Of a stretch of DNA of 64,000 nucleotides, positions 13,229-26,798 are shown piece after piece. The stretch is from Dimorphilus gyrociliatus (taxonomy: Eukaryota; Animalia; Annelida). Under the pieces are notes generated by a model. The model worked only from the letters and a program-made list of their open reading frames with translations. It made no database searches and was not told the DNA's origin. The first letter of the stretch is position 1, and each line of letters opens with the position of its first letter. The stretch spans positions 2,474,165-2,538,164 of the forward strand of contig CAJFCJ010000005.1 in the NCBI GenBank assembly GCA_904063045.1, written 5' to 3'. A program made the translations under genes and the position numbers.

Positions 13229-14114
13229 TATTTGATTTTTTTGAGATTGTTGTAAAAGTTCTAGAAAGTAAATAATAAATTAATATTTGGAGAATAAAAT
13301 CAATACTAAAACTTTCCCTAACATGTAATCAGACTTATCTTTTTTTTAATAATCCCAAATGGTAATGCATTAGAAATTATTACAAATTTATATATTACCT
13401 TATAACTCAAAAATTAATCAGATATTAGGTTCTGTAAAACTGTAACTATTTGAACAAATGCCTCGTGAAATAGGTAATTTTCATTCATGAGCGAAAATAA
13501 AGTGATTAGGTAAGTTTACCATAAAAAATATCCCCGCCCAACTCAACCTCAATTCGGAAAAAAAAACATAGCATACTCCATTTAGGTTGCACAAAGTCAG
13601 AAATTTGCTAATAGCTAATTAGTTTTTTTTGTAAGATTCCTCTCTATTTTTATTTATGTTAAGTGATTCATTAATCCATTTAATTAGTATTCAATATAAA
13701 AATAACTCTCATTAACTTTGAACGCCTATTGACATTTATTTTGAATGTTTGTTTTCATTTGTGAAAGAATTTTCAAACAAACTGAAAAAACTAATTTTAA
13801 AAGCTTTTCAATAAGTTTCAATGAAATAATGAACAATTAATAATATTTCAAACTTATTAATCAGTGGAAGAGAGCTTTTCTTTTGAATTTATCCGTAATT
13901 GGTTCAATCCTACTAATTTCATTTCCAATAAAAATAACTTATAAGGTTTGTAAAGTTATGGAAAACTGATATTTTTCCATTTACTATTTTTACTCCAAAA
14001 AAAAAATTTCATCTTTTAATATCGTCTTTTTTTTTTATTAGTATAATTTTAATTATCGCTCAGTCGTAATATTCTATTAACGCTGAGAATTTCTTGCTTT
14101 AAATTTTTGTTAAA

Positions 14115-15265
14115 ATGGCAAATAATAAGGAATCATTAAATAATAGTGAGTTATAGGGTTTTTGGCTGAAATATTCATTCTAATATTTTTGTTTGAAAAG
14201 ATATTTATGATATTATTCGAAACACGTGGCTAATTAATTCTTTTCTTTACTTTAGATTTGGATCGTAGTTTCGTGAACGGAACTGTATCTAATAATACTC
14301 CGCTTCTAGATGAAATCTTTGAGCTAAGAAATATCATTGACATTTGGAAAACAAGATTTATGGGTTTGGAAGATGTGGCAATTGAAATGAGAAATAAAAT
14401 TGATGAATTATACGCCGAGTTGGATGAAACAAGATTGATGCTGATAGATAAAGATACTGAACTTGGAGAGAGTCAAAGGCATAAATGTTATTTAAAGATG
14501 AATTTGATTAATGTATTGGATATGCTTCGCAATGCATATTCAGCATCACTCCAAAAGCAGAATTCTCTTCCTTCAGTATACATAAATGGCTTATATGAGT
14601 ATAGAAATGGCACATGGTTTCGTTTAATACCTAGAAGTTTTTCAGAAGCTTCGCTTACCGATTCTAATTATTCTAATGACTCTACCGATCAAGATTTTGA
14701 TGATACCGACGATGAAGAGAGCGAAGATGGTGAAGATAGTGATGTTATCGAAGATAGTGCTGCTACTGAAGATGATAGTGAAACCGATGATGATAGCGAA
14801 GATGATGATTCAGATAACAAAGACAAAATTATTGCAGTTCGAAAGAAGGAACCCACTTCAAAGTGTTCAAATTCGAATCAAGGAAGTTTTAATAATACAC
14901 TTCCCCAGAAGATAGCTGTTAAAACACAAGCTTCAGATGTAGTTAATGATTATGATAATATTGAAAACTGCTCAAAAGAAAATCATAAATTTGGAAATGT
15001 ATTGGTATCTCCTGGAATAAAACATCAATTGGAATCTTCTGAAGAAAAAGAGACTTATCGCTTGCCATCAAATTCGGCTAGCCCATTTACTAGAAAGAGA
15101 GCTAACCAGGGCGAAAACCAAACCAGCGTCTCTAGCGATCAAAAGAAAAGACGAAGATCAACTTCCGAAGTAGGACCTCCTCAGGTAAGATATATGACTC
15201 GTAAAAGTTCTAAGGAAAAGGGTACTCGATTTTCACAATCGAAAGTTACACCTGGAAAACCGTAA
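14115..15265 (+). CDS. Orphan protein: coiled coil, D/E-rich tract, basic C-terminus (putatively nuclear), 2 exons
   Basis: ATG at 14115 and a phase-1 intron at 14146-14255 (GTGAGT...TTTAG) splice in frame into ORF 14258-15265. Acidic tract DDEESEDGEDSD...; KKRRR. Confidence 0.65.
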
Positions 15266-15699
15266 ACGTCTTAAATAAGGAAAGAAAGTTGCAAAATTGC
15301 TTTTTTAACTTTCTTGTTTTGTTAACTGAACAAAATACTTTTTGTATTTTGTCGATATTTAAATATTTTTGTACTTTGTGACGTATTTGTTCATATGCTT
15401 ACTTAGTTTTCAATAGCTCTTTGGTTATTTTATTTGGTTATAAAGAAATAAATACATAATTGAAGACGCTTAAAGCCCTTAAATAACTGATACATTATTT
15501 TTTTCAACGTAAAAATGGAAGCAACGCCTTCCCAGAAAATTAACATACAATAGAATAAAGAATGATAATAAATAAGTGAACGTTTAATAATCACTTGAAT
15601 ATGAATTATGAATGAATTTTCATAGTATATATAATGTATATCTATCTATATACTGTGTAGAGAAAAGCTAATCATAAAGATCAGAGAGAATTCGTTGAA

Positions 15700-16773
15700 A
15701 TGTTTAGCTTGCTTATTTCTCTTCTAATCATTAATCCTATTAAAGGAAATGATGACAATTGTAATATATTAAATCCAGTCTACTATGGTAATTCTGACAT
15801 TGATCAAAATAATTGTACCACCTACATTGGTTGTTGGGATACCGTTAAAAATAGCTGCTATTATGGAAAAGATTACGTTTCCGGATTCGTTCGTGCCAGG
15901 GGATATTATAAACAATCTGAACCTAGCACAAATACAGTCTACTTTGAAAGTTCCCCTTCAACTATTGAACAGTGTAAATCAAAGTGTTTTGAATATTGGC
16001 TATGTAACTGCTTTACATATTCTAAAATACACAAGCTATGTAAGGTTTTTAAAGACAATTGTCTTACCGTTGAAACTCAACATACTGACTATAGAACGTA
16101 TAATAGAGTGGCGTTTGCTAATTATACATGCTATCATTCTCATTGTGAATCTAGTGGATCGGATTTAAAATTGAACATGGATATGCGCGAATGCGTTAGG
16201 CAGGCGGACGCAGATACTACTAGAGAGTACGGAGAATTCAGTATGGCAGTAAAACAAGAACTGAGTGAAGCTTGCACTGTAAGAGATGGATTATGTAGTG
16301 TTTACGATCCAATAAATAAAATTTTGCCCTATAAGTATGTTTGTATGAAAGGAGCAATTACAAACTCTATTTATAATCCTAAGAATCCGATTCTACAACA
16401 ATTTACTTGGGACTTAAGTAGCTGTTTCAATATTTCGTTAGAAAAGCCCTTTAGTATAAGACATGCATGGCCAACTGTGGGAACAGCTCAACAGACTTTT
16501 GATGTAAAAATTATTGGTAAAAATTTACAATGTTGTCTGCGTAACAAGAATATAGAAGAATCTTCAGGCGTTATAGGTCTAGTATTGGCAGAATTCCAAT
16601 CAGATCCAACTTTTAATACAGTTTATAAAACTTGCACCTATATTAATGGCGATGATCAGAATTTTTGTTCTTATAGATGTTCTTGCGACGAAGGCTATTG
16701 TGAAGCTGTCTATATAAAAGCATTTGCCAAAGATGATGAAAATATGTCTATATGTAATTATGAAATACTCTAA
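15700..16773 (+). CDS. Secreted Cys-rich protein with a PAN/Apple domain, intronless
   Basis: Signal peptide MFSLLISLLIINPIKG; PAN-like TIEQCKSKCFEYWLCNCFTYSKIHKLCKVF; Cys-rich C-terminal domain. Confidence 0.75.
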   Translation: MFSLLISLLIINPIKGNDDNCNILNPVYYGNSDIDQNNCTTYIGCWDTVKNSCYYGKDYVSGFVRARGYYKQSEPSTNTVYFESSPSTIEQCKSKCFEYWLCNCFTYSKIHKLCKVFKDNCLTVETQHTDYRTYNRVAFANYTCYHSHCESSGSDLKLNMDMRECVRQADADTTREYGEFSMAVKQELSEACTVRDGLCSVYDPINKILPYKYVCMKGAITNSIYNPKNPILQQFTWDLSSCFNISLEKPFSIRHAWPTVGTAQQTFDVKIIGKNLQCCLRNKNIEESSGVIGLVLAEFQSDPTFNTVYKTCTYINGDDQNFCSYRCSCDEGYCEAVYIKAFAKDDENMSICNYEIL

Positions 16774-17239
16774 AATTAAATTATGAATACACTATTAAAA
16801 TAAGAGAAAAGAAAAAAGTCGTTCTAAAACAATGAAAGAAAACGTAGGCGAAATTTCAATAGAACGAAATAAAAGTCGTAAAAGGCGCGTTGGCTAAAAT
16901 GATGAATATTTCAACTGTTGACTAGTAATGATTATTCATATACCTTTTACAAAAGTATTAACATAGTTCCTATTTTTCTTTTCCTTTGCAATTTATAATA
17001 AAGGAATTGGATGGTTTACAAAATAGGATTTTTATTACGATATCATTCAAAAATGCCATTATTTAATGTCAAAATGAAACTACAAATTAGGCAAAGAAAA
17101 TATCAATTGTATTGCTTTAAAGTATTTGACATTAGACATAAATTTTCTTTAGTTTTTAATATTGTACTTTTCCTACAAGTGCTTTATCGTTAGTTCTCTT
17201 AGTTTAATAGTAAAAAAATATTAGAGCAGGGAAGAAGTG

Positions 17240-20200
17240 TTATATGTTGTAATATAGTAAGGAATAAGATAGTAGTATGATAACCAAAGGTGCTACTTCA
17301 ACGTTAATAGTATTACCATAATTACCACATTTTGGTCTTTTATAAGAAACTGATATTACGTTTGACAGTTTACTTGTATGACCAACATCATCAATAACTG
17401 TGAGTCCAACGAAAAAATTGTCTGAGCATTTCTCTATCATTTTCATTTCAAATTTCTCTTTTTCGCCTGATTCCTTCGGTACGAATGTCTCTATACCTTC
17501 AATTACCATCGTCGAATTAAACGACTTTCTTAGAGACTTTGACGTTGATGATTTTCGGAAATCATATTTTCTTGCTATATTTCGACATGTATTGTATATA
17601 AGATTGATAATTATAAAGATTTAACTTAACTGACCCAATCCAAAATTCCAGTCGTCACCTACAGCTGTCCATTCGAATAATATGAGATCCTTGTCCCAAT
17701 TTACACCAGTAAATTTTAGATCTTTAACTTTACTTGGTGGAAAATAGTCTACTTCACTTGTAAAGTTTACAACATCCAGAAAATTTCCAGCTGTTATCCT
17801 TTCAAATGGTTTTAAAAATGTTATCTTTGACGATGGCGGGGAGCAGCCATCAGATTGGTCACTTATTCCATCTGATTTTTCTGATGTAGAGAAGAAGGCC
17901 TTTGATTCATAATTAACGGCGATATATCTTGCAGTATATCTTCCATTGCCGGTAATATTGGAAAAGAATCCAGAATATATTCCATCATTAGCAAACACGT
18001 CGGCACCAATACCTTTATCATTCAATTGAATTTCTTCAACAAGAATACCGGTGAAGAATACTTGTGCTACAACTTTAGCGTTTTCTATTGCATAATCTCC
18101 AACCAATAACTTTGATTCGATCTTTACAGCTTCGGTATTTCTGCTAAAGTCGAAGGAAGTGGTTTTAAATTTTCCTGAGAAGGAAATTTGAGAACTTTGA
18201 CTATTAGTGTAGGATATTATATCAACGTTTATTCTAGTTTCAACACTTCCGGATTGACTTGACACGGTGTATGTCCATTTTCCTTCAGTAGCTGAAACTG
18301 TTATCTTTATAGTATTAGCTATGGAGTCAATTTTGGTAAAGTTTTTGATATTGATTTGATCTCCATTCGGCGATTTTAGCTCAATTTGAATATTATTAGG
18401 ATCAACCAGCGTAGCTATAATAAGGGAGAAGCTGACAGAATACTCATCAATCCAAAATTGGGTTGTCTGCTTCTGATTAGGTAAGATATGTACAACGTTC
18501 TTTGCAACTTGTGTTGCTATATCTTTCTGACTATTTGAATTTTTTCTTGAGCGAAGACCTTCTTGAATATTTCCAATGCTACGTAAAACTTCGGAAACTG
18601 ATTGTTCATTATTGGATACTGTTTGTGCAGTTGTAAAAAACGTTTGTCCACCTGTTGCATCTGCTATAGCCTTTAGAAAAGGAGTTGCATGTCTTGTTAA
18701 CATGATGCTGTAAACAGTGACGCCTGAATCGTAGGCAATTTCTTTCGCTCGTTGTAAGTCGTCATCGTCGGATTCTCCATCTGTCATGAGTATTAAAATA
18801 CCTCCCCGAGCAGCATCACGTAAAGTCTCTACTCCGCCTTTTACTCCATACATGATGGAAGTTCCACCAGAGGCATAATTAGGAACCTTCTCTAGGATTC
18901 CTGGTTTATTCGCACTTGTTACAGTTATTAAACTCTGTAAGACTCTGTGGCGATTATTAAATCGTACAATACCAATGCGATCACCAGGAACGACATAATC
19001 AGTTATGTACTCGATGCAGGCTGAATATACAATCTGTCGTAGGGGATTTACGCCCCCATCTGGTATTTTATCCATACTGCCTGAAACATCAAGAACCAGT
19101 ACAATATTTAGGGTGTCTGAAGTTTCTCGGTAAAAATGGAAATTTGGCCTCAAATTGATATTTCCTTGTTGAGCAATTGGTGGATTGTTGCCGTTTCTAA
19201 AATCATCCGATTCCCTCAAAACCTCCCAAGCACTTTTTCCATCACAGAAATAGTTTTGAGGTGTTGGAGCATCTGAATTATGTCTTTCATTTTCTGGAAT
19301 GTCTTCAGAATCATCACAAAATTTCGTAGCCTATTTTCATTAAAATTAGTGTGATACTTATACGATAAAGAGTAATACAAACCCCACTAAATGGATAATA
19401 CATCGCGCTTGCCGAATCATCTGCCTTTATCTTAAGTTTGCAGTTTTCTGGAACTTTTAGACATTTATCTGTCACTTGACACTCTTTGCCTTTACTATCA
19501 ATCGTTTCAACTAGAATACTCTTGCTACATCTGTTTTTCATATTTCATATTTAACTTTTTACACAATCACTATAGTTATTTAGTAATCGGTACCTGATTG
19601 CCTCAACTTTGTTTCCAGCATTAACATAATATGCCTCTGATTGATCGAAAGCATTTCCGAATTCATCTCGAAGACCATATAAAAGATGACCAAATAAATG
19701 AAGCATAAACGCTTGTGGTTTTCCAAAGGTACTTTTATCTCCTACTAGGAATTTGCGAGTAAAGTGTATGTATTCACCAGGTTCACCGCATTCTTCCAAA
19801 TTTAGCACGTATGGATTATGTCCGTATTGAGCATTGGGTTTTTCAGTCACAATAATGCTTTCTACAGGTATTTGATTAGTAACTTTCGTAGAACTAATCG
19901 ATGTCCAATTTTCTAGAATGAAAAGAAACAAGTATCATACAATCTGGATTAATGAAAAGTGTGATGAATATCACCTGGTATTATAATATTGACATTTTCA
20001 ATGTAGCCTCTTCTGTTAGTAGCTTTGAAGAGAGCTTCAGAGCTATTCGTTAATAGCCACTGTGAAAAATAAACGAACAGTTGTATTTGAAAATAAACCG
20101 TTATAAACTACTTTTTACTTTAAGGTTATCGATGACATTTTTAGCATCAGATTCATCAATATCTGATCTTATATGCACGGTAAGTCCTTCATACTTATTT

Positions 20201-20268
20201 TGCTTCAGAGGAACTTTTGCTTCGTAAATGAAGACGGCACAAAACAAAACGAAAAGTTTTACCAACAT
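17240..20268 (-). CDS. CLCA: CLCA-family (calcium-activated chloride channel regulator-like) protein, multi-exon
   Basis: ATG at 20268 with a signal peptide; ALFKATNRRGYIENVNIIIP; CGEPGEYIHFT; HLFGH...RDEF at the HExxH position; vWA with intact MIDAS (LVLDVSGSM); DKGIGADVFANDGIYSGFF; FPPSKVKDL...WTAVGDD (FnIII-like); hydrophobic C-terminus. Confidence 0.9.
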
Positions 20269-21507
20269 TACTACCTTCTCTCCGAAGCAGTCAATGTCAA
20301 TAGATCTCATTCTTATAGCTTATCAAATGATTCATTCATTTTGTTGGATTTTCTTGAAGAAGAGATTTGCTTTTCCTATTATTCGGTTTACACTAAAAGC
20401 AAAATCATATTGTTGAAATCTAGATCTTTTATTGGAAAGAAAATGTTTGTTATGTTTTCTTATTTTCACTTTTTTAGTCATAAATTCTTTCTTTCGTATT
20501 GATTACATGAATAAGAAGGTTATATGCATAACGCAGAGGAGGTATAGCATTCCCTCAACTTTTTCAAAATTTTATGGATATGAATATCCATTCATGAGCT
20601 ATTCGTTTCGTAAATTACTCAAAATGGGTATAAAGCTTATAAAAATAAAGAAATATTTCATTTTAGAACATATTAGCATATAATATCTTCAAAATATTAC
20701 TACAAAGGCTCAATTCAAGTCTCATTGAACGATAATTAATCTTTTTACTTCCTATAACCAAAAAAGAATTTTTCATTACTACAATGTCTTTACAATCTGC
20801 TTTTTTGAAATCTTTCTAGGGTAAAAGGGAAGTTTTTTTCTACGACCATAATTCTTATTAACCAATAAAGTTCAACTTTTAACAGACGATATTATATTTT
20901 TCTAATACATTTAATATCTGTAATAACTCAGAAATCTTCTTACACGAACATTTTTCTTCATATTTTATTCAAATTAGTGTTTTAAACTCTGTGAAATCTT
21001 CAAATGGAAAGTATTTGGGCGACTTAATTTTCTCGTTTTCGAATAAATTCTTACCACTGTATTGACATTTTTGCTAATTACTTTTCTAGTAAGACTAGAA
21101 TTACTAGAATTCCCTTATACATATATATATATATATATATTATATTTTCACATCTAGAATAGGTGTTAATCAGTATTTTCTTTAAAATATACAGTTTATG
21201 ACCTATGACTCAGGAATACATTTTTCAATAGAGCCCCATAAGACGTATGAGGAAGTTATATACGAAATTATTCCTTTTGTACTATAAAAGCTTATTTTCT
21301 ATTGTAATTAAAAATTCTGTGAATACATAAATAGGCTGAATACTTTCTATAACAAAAATATAAAAATAACTGATTTTCTTTATTTTCTCTATACAAACTA
21401 AAAAGAACTGTAATGCAGTATAAACAATCAGCAATATTTTATTAAAAAGACAAATATTTCAGCATTTTTAAACGTCGTTTAAAGCGTCTTCATACACTCC
21501 TTACGTG

Positions 21508-22642
21508 TTATTCATAGTTGGGAGGAAACAGTGAATAAGCGGGAGGAAGTTCCGAGACATTCATTCTATGAAAAGATATTATACGTATTTTTTACTATAA
21601 TAAATAATAGAAATATGTATTCAATGACCTATTAGAAGGGTCGTTGGGGAAATGACCAGTAATATGTGGTTGGCAACTTTCGGTCACCCGTAGAGAAGAT
21701 TGGTTCTGTATTAAATAAATCACTTAAATAGATGAAATGTATTGAGTGGTACTTTGAAAAATAACTTGGAAAAGTAGGTAATATTCTCTCGGAGGTATTG
21801 AAGATATTTCGGATGGCGAAGGTAACGGTGGAGGGATAGATCTTCCAGCGATAATCCAAATTCCTTTCTCAAACGAGAAATCTTTGAAAACAAAGCAAAT
21901 AAATTGATTGATATGTAATCAATAAAAATAATAGTACCTATACGTCGAATCGATACAATTAAACTAGGAATAATAGATAATATTGCAAGACCAGATATAA
22001 ATTGAACAGGACCGAAATATTGACCTAATATCTTGCTGCATGGACAAAAAGAAACAGTTTTTAGACTCTTATTATTTAGTAATTATTAAAAAAATAACCA
22101 ACTCTTTTGGAGAGCAGAGTTTCCATCCTTTAACTTTGTTATTATATACTTTTATAATATAAACGCTTAATATAAAAGCGTAAATTGCGTTAAGTAATAT
22201 CAGTATTTTAAAGACAATTAAAAACTTTATATCACATTTCTTATGAGCCCGATCAGGTAGGCTAATAAAAGCGAATAAAATGTCCAGTATCAAACCGAAG
22301 AGAATAAGAGCAAATGCAATTGTTATCAGATATCTAAAAGAATAAAAGTTTATTCATAGTCCGAAAAGGAGGTTAGTAGTAGTTATTATTATTATATACT
22401 TACCCTTCAATATGATTTGCAGTTATTACACATAATATATCTTGATGAGATACATTTTTTGCAGTTGTTTCATCGATTCTATTCCATTTGTTAATAGAAT
22501 TACCATCTTTACGGTGATATCTATGAATTTTTTTAAAGTCTTCTCTATTAATTAACAAATGAGTTATTGGGCTGCTAACAAAACTAAAAACTAATATAGG
22601 TATAATCCAAAGAGATGAGACGCTTTTCCTAAGAGATTTCAT
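21508..22642 (-). CDS. Four-TM membrane protein with tandem C-terminal PPxY motifs, paralogue 1, 6 exons
   Basis: Manual splicing gives four hydrophobic segments, CVIT in the first loop, GWKLC in the second loop and a Pro-rich tail ending LPPAYSLFPPNYE-stop (TAA at 21510-21508). Confidence 0.75.
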
Positions 22643-23254
22643 TTGAATTGGAGAGGAAAACCAGCTTTAGCAGCGCTATAGTCGCAGGAAAACATGTAAG
22701 AAAATCAATAATCAAGTAAAAAATGTAAATGATACTTCTACAAGAGTTACAGTTGTATTTTTAATTAAAGCAATTAAAATAAAGTTAAAGAATTAATTTA
22801 TTTGCTTGCCTCTTCCAAATAAATATTCTTTAAGGAATTCCGAAACGGATGGGAAGGTTAGGAGGTTCGATTTTAAGAAAAATCTTATAATTTACTTGTA
22901 TGTTGAGTTGTTCTTTCTTCCGATTCTCCTGTCTCTCTCTCTCTCTCTCGCTGTCGCTTTCTATCTATCTATCTTGTTTATATTAGGGATTCGAGGAATT
23001 TAATAATACTTCCCCAGAGGTAAACTCTTATTAAATATAGAATCTTTTTAATTAAAATATCATACTGTATAATATCCGTTTTAATTCAATAGATGGCAGT
23101 TCACTCTCTATATAGATTTCTCATCTAACAACTATTTAATCTCACTCTAATTCGTTAATTTATGCACTTTGTATATAAAGAACTGACATTTTATTAAAGA
23201 CATTAATTCTAGGTTAATAGATTGTTGCGTTAGAGAAAAAATAAGATGCAATAA

Positions 23255-23362
23255 GGTAGCGTGGCCGAGCGGTCTAAGGCGCTGGTTTAAGGTCGATAAG
23301 AGATAAGAAAGATTAATACACCAGTCTCTTCGGAGGCGTGGGTTCGAATCCCACCGCTGCCA
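23255..23362 (+). tRNA. tRNA-Leu-AAG: tRNA-Leu(AAG) with 26-nt intron (23293-23318)
   Basis: The 82-nt exon sequence is the canonical animal Leu(AAG) tRNA. Anticodon stem CTGGT/ACCAG, AAG at 23289-23291, intron at position 37/38, T7 terminator at 23365-23371. Confidence 0.95.
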
Positions 23363-23647
23363 TATTTTTTTCAAGAGAAATCTTTAACTTTTCACTCGAA
23401 ACATTCATTGAAAAGTGATTTAGAGAATGAAAACAAGTTATGCATGAGCGTATCTAGATAACGCAAAAAGAAATTTAGAGTAAGATGCCACTATTCAAAT
23501 GGAAGTTATTACAATTTTGAAATATTATCGTGAAACTGTGAATAATAAGCTTTAGTCTAGAGAGGCTATTGATTTTCCGGTTTGTTTTGCTATGAATTGA
23601 CAACGCTACTACGCATTTCATATTTCGTTTTCTAAACGTTAGAACGA

Positions 23648-24901
23648 ATGGAATCTTTTGATGAAATTATAGGATTTGTGTTCTTCTTATCAGTAATAGT
23701 CCTAAGCGTAACATCTGGTCCTATCTCTCATATTCTACTTAGCAGAGAGGATTTTTCCAATATTCTTAAATATCAATATAACATTGATAATTCAAGTTCA
23801 AAAAGAGTAGATATAAATGAATCAATAGCCAAGACTCTACAATCAAAAGATGTTTGCGTAATTACGCCATACCAAGGTGGAAGGTAGGTTTATAATTTAT
23901 TAAGTTATTACTACCAAAAATGAATAACCATTGAAATAGTCACAACCAACATTATTTCCATTTCTTTATTTTTTTTCTGTGTTTTCTCCCCAATTAGTGT
24001 TCTCATATACATCTCTAGCACAATATGTCTTATTGGAATAGGATGCGGCGGCTTAATATGGCTAACTAAACTAAGAGAAAAATACGTAACAAAGTCGAGG
24101 ATGTTAATTTTTATATGTTACAATATTTTAACAATTGCAAATAGTATTTACATCTGCGCTCTTAGTTTGTATTACGCAAGAATACGAGATTATTCAATAG
24201 ATGGATGGAAACTTTGTACTGGGAAGAAGTAAGCTTTACTTTTGTATCTTTTGGCTTAGTTTTAACTTTTTTTTTTACTTTTTAACATTTTTATAGCTTA
24301 GGTATTAAAAAATATATGGATTATTTACCTTACATTGCTGGTATATCACCGATTTTCTATGCATATAACCTATATTTTATGATAAAAAGTAAGCTATACA
24401 ATCTTTCTCTCATACCTACAAACTTTTCATTTTCTTTAACTCTTGTTTGTAGCCGTTAAACAAAATAAGACTGATTTGGTATGCTCAAGTGGCACATCTC
24501 CTCATCAATTATCAACGAACAATGAAACATCTCCAAGTACTGAAGATATTGATGATAATCAAACAAATCAGGTTTTTGATTTATCATTTTATACTGTATT
24601 AGTTTTAATTTGCAATTCTTTCCTTATAAACAAAGGGCGTATCTTCCACAATTTGTTATCAAAATCAATCCATACCTCCACCAGAATATTCAAATATCGA
24701 ATTTAATAGGTTTGATATAAAAGTTTAATTCAGTTCTTATACAATGTATATAAAGAAAAATATCTCTATTCTCTTAATAGAATGGATGAGTCTTACGAAT
24801 ATCCGCCACCATACGATTCAATACCACCAAGCTATGAATCTTGCGTATTTTCATTGAAAAAGGAGAACACTTCAAACGATAATTCAAATAAACCCGTCTG
24901 A
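23648..24901 (+). CDS. Four-TM PPxY protein, paralogue 2, 6 exons
   Basis: Spliced product has CVIT, GWKLC, PPPEY and YPPPYDSIPPSYE. Intron phases match paralogues 1 and 3. Confidence 0.8.
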
Positions 24902-26686
24902 TGCTTGGAAAGTAAATAATGGTGCTCTGTACATAATAACAAGTAACCTAGTGAAGAATTTAATAATTACAGTTGAATTTCGCTCTTCATTTTGCTTATA
25001 TACTTTTATAAATGAACAAAGTTTCTCTCTACGCTGTTAAATCATATTAATATATATATATATATTTAAGTTTTGTTTACCTCAATATAAACTAATTTAA
25101 ATATTTGACCTAATTAATTAAAGATTTAATTAAGACATAAAGTAATTATATATACTAGAGAGTTGAGAAAACTATATAAAGTATATGGCTTGGATATTTA
25201 AAGTATTAAACACTTTTTATATAAATTGTCTTGTTTATTTACAAGTTATTACTTTTGAATGTCAAAGTAATACTTTATTTTCAAGTATGTCAACATCTGT
25301 CGTAGTAACAATACTGATGAAATTGCAAACGTAAACAAAAAAATGTGACCTGAAAAAAGGATTTTACGGCCTTAGAGATCTAAGATTGTGCTATTTTCTA
25401 CATTATGACAAACATTTATCCTGAAAGTTATTATTTATTAAAAAGTTATTTCTTGTGAGCTAGTTAGTTTAATGAAATGATTCATATATTCAGTATAAAT
25501 ATTAAATAGAATATCTCTGTCTAATCGAGCATGCTATCGATTACGAAACACATTCTACCTATTTCTTCATCATATTTTATTATATAAATTCAATTTGATT
25601 GGTAAATTAATGGATTAATGGATTAAACATTTTGTTTTTTAGAGTATTTACATTAAAATCATTATTAATTATTACAAAGAGAACATTTTTGGTATATTGT
25701 TTAATATTTTAACTGATGAAATATAGGAATAGACTATAAATAGAAAAGAAATTGATTTAACTACGAATGTGGATCAATGAAGACTAATTCTCACAACCTA
25801 GATGTAAACATAAGCGCATGTGCTATTTTCAAAAATTATATTTAGATTGGAAATATAATGTTCAAATTATATTATGTTACCGTCAACTCCATCTAGTATT
25901 AAAATCTCTCATATTATCATTTATTTAGGGAATTTCTTTCACTGGAAAGATCTAATAAATAACTGGAGAATGGGAATAACAGAGCCTTCTCCAATAAAAA
26001 ATGATTTGTTATGTTTAATCAAGTTGGCTGTATGTTATGGCAAAGTATCGTATTTTCTTTGTTTTCCTCTCTACATATTTCATATTAAAAGAAGTTTTAT
26101 TGCCTATAGTATTGTTGCTGATTCTGAAAAAAAGGTCTAACATTTCAGAATAATTACTAAATCAGACATCAATAAAGTACTGACCCGACATTCAAATATT
26201 GAATTACCCGAATCAAATTTATCCCAGGTAACTATTTATTCTTCTTAATGTAGTTTTTTTTATTTTTACTATATTTGTACGATGGAAATTATTAAATTGA
26301 GAGAGAGAGAGAGAGGGAGAGAGGGAATATTTAATGATATATAACGAATAATACTTTATATATTAGCTCCCCTTCTTCTTTTCTTATAAAGATGGAAATC
26401 AACAGTGTGTCATAGCCTAGCCCTTCAATCAAATATGATTGAAAAGATACTCAGAAATTAAAGAATGACACTATGATAACTTTGTGAAAAAGCTTTAAAT
26501 ACAAGGAATAACATATGAGTTCAAGTGAATAACTATTCACTTTTTCAAGGTTGTACAAGTTAAACAGTCTTCTTCTTTTTTGCAACAAAAGAACTTTCCA
26601 TTTCTATAGAAATAGGTCAACAGTAAAAAAAATACTGATGGTTAATACGAGTTTGTTATGTAATAGCATTGAAATTATACTAATCC

Positions 26687-26798
26687 GGTAGCGTGGCCGA
26701 GCGGTCTAAGGCGCTGGTTTAAGGTCCAAAATATTAAAACAATACGGATTAATACACCAGTCTCTTCGGAGGCGTGGGTTCGAATCCCACCGCTGCCA
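26687..26798 (+). tRNA. tRNA-Leu-AAG: tRNA-Leu(AAG) with 30-nt intron (26725-26754)
   Basis: The exons are identical to copy 1 but the intron differs. T10 terminator at 26805-26814. Confidence 0.95.

Noticed and set aside
14676-14915. Met-rich alternative-frame ORF
   Set aside because: A by-product of GAT/GAA-rich acidic codons in the main frame.
20173-21000. Plus-strand ORFs near the CLCA start, one with a TM-like N-terminus
   Set aside because: Non-ATG or antisense starts, and putative exons hit stop codons. At most a decayed gene.
21632-21859. ORF-track translation DYRWKIYPST...
   Set aside because: Wrong frame. Splice phases place the real exon in the Pro-rich frame (IPPPLPSPSEISSIPPREY).
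23147-23374. ORFs overlapping tRNA copies (also 26774-26956)
   Set aside because: Spurious translations of tRNA sequence.
25640-26540. Exon-like fragments (GNFFHWKDLINNWRMG...) before tRNA copy 2
   Set aside because: Possibly a pseudogene, but I could not build a stop-free model or recognise a family.
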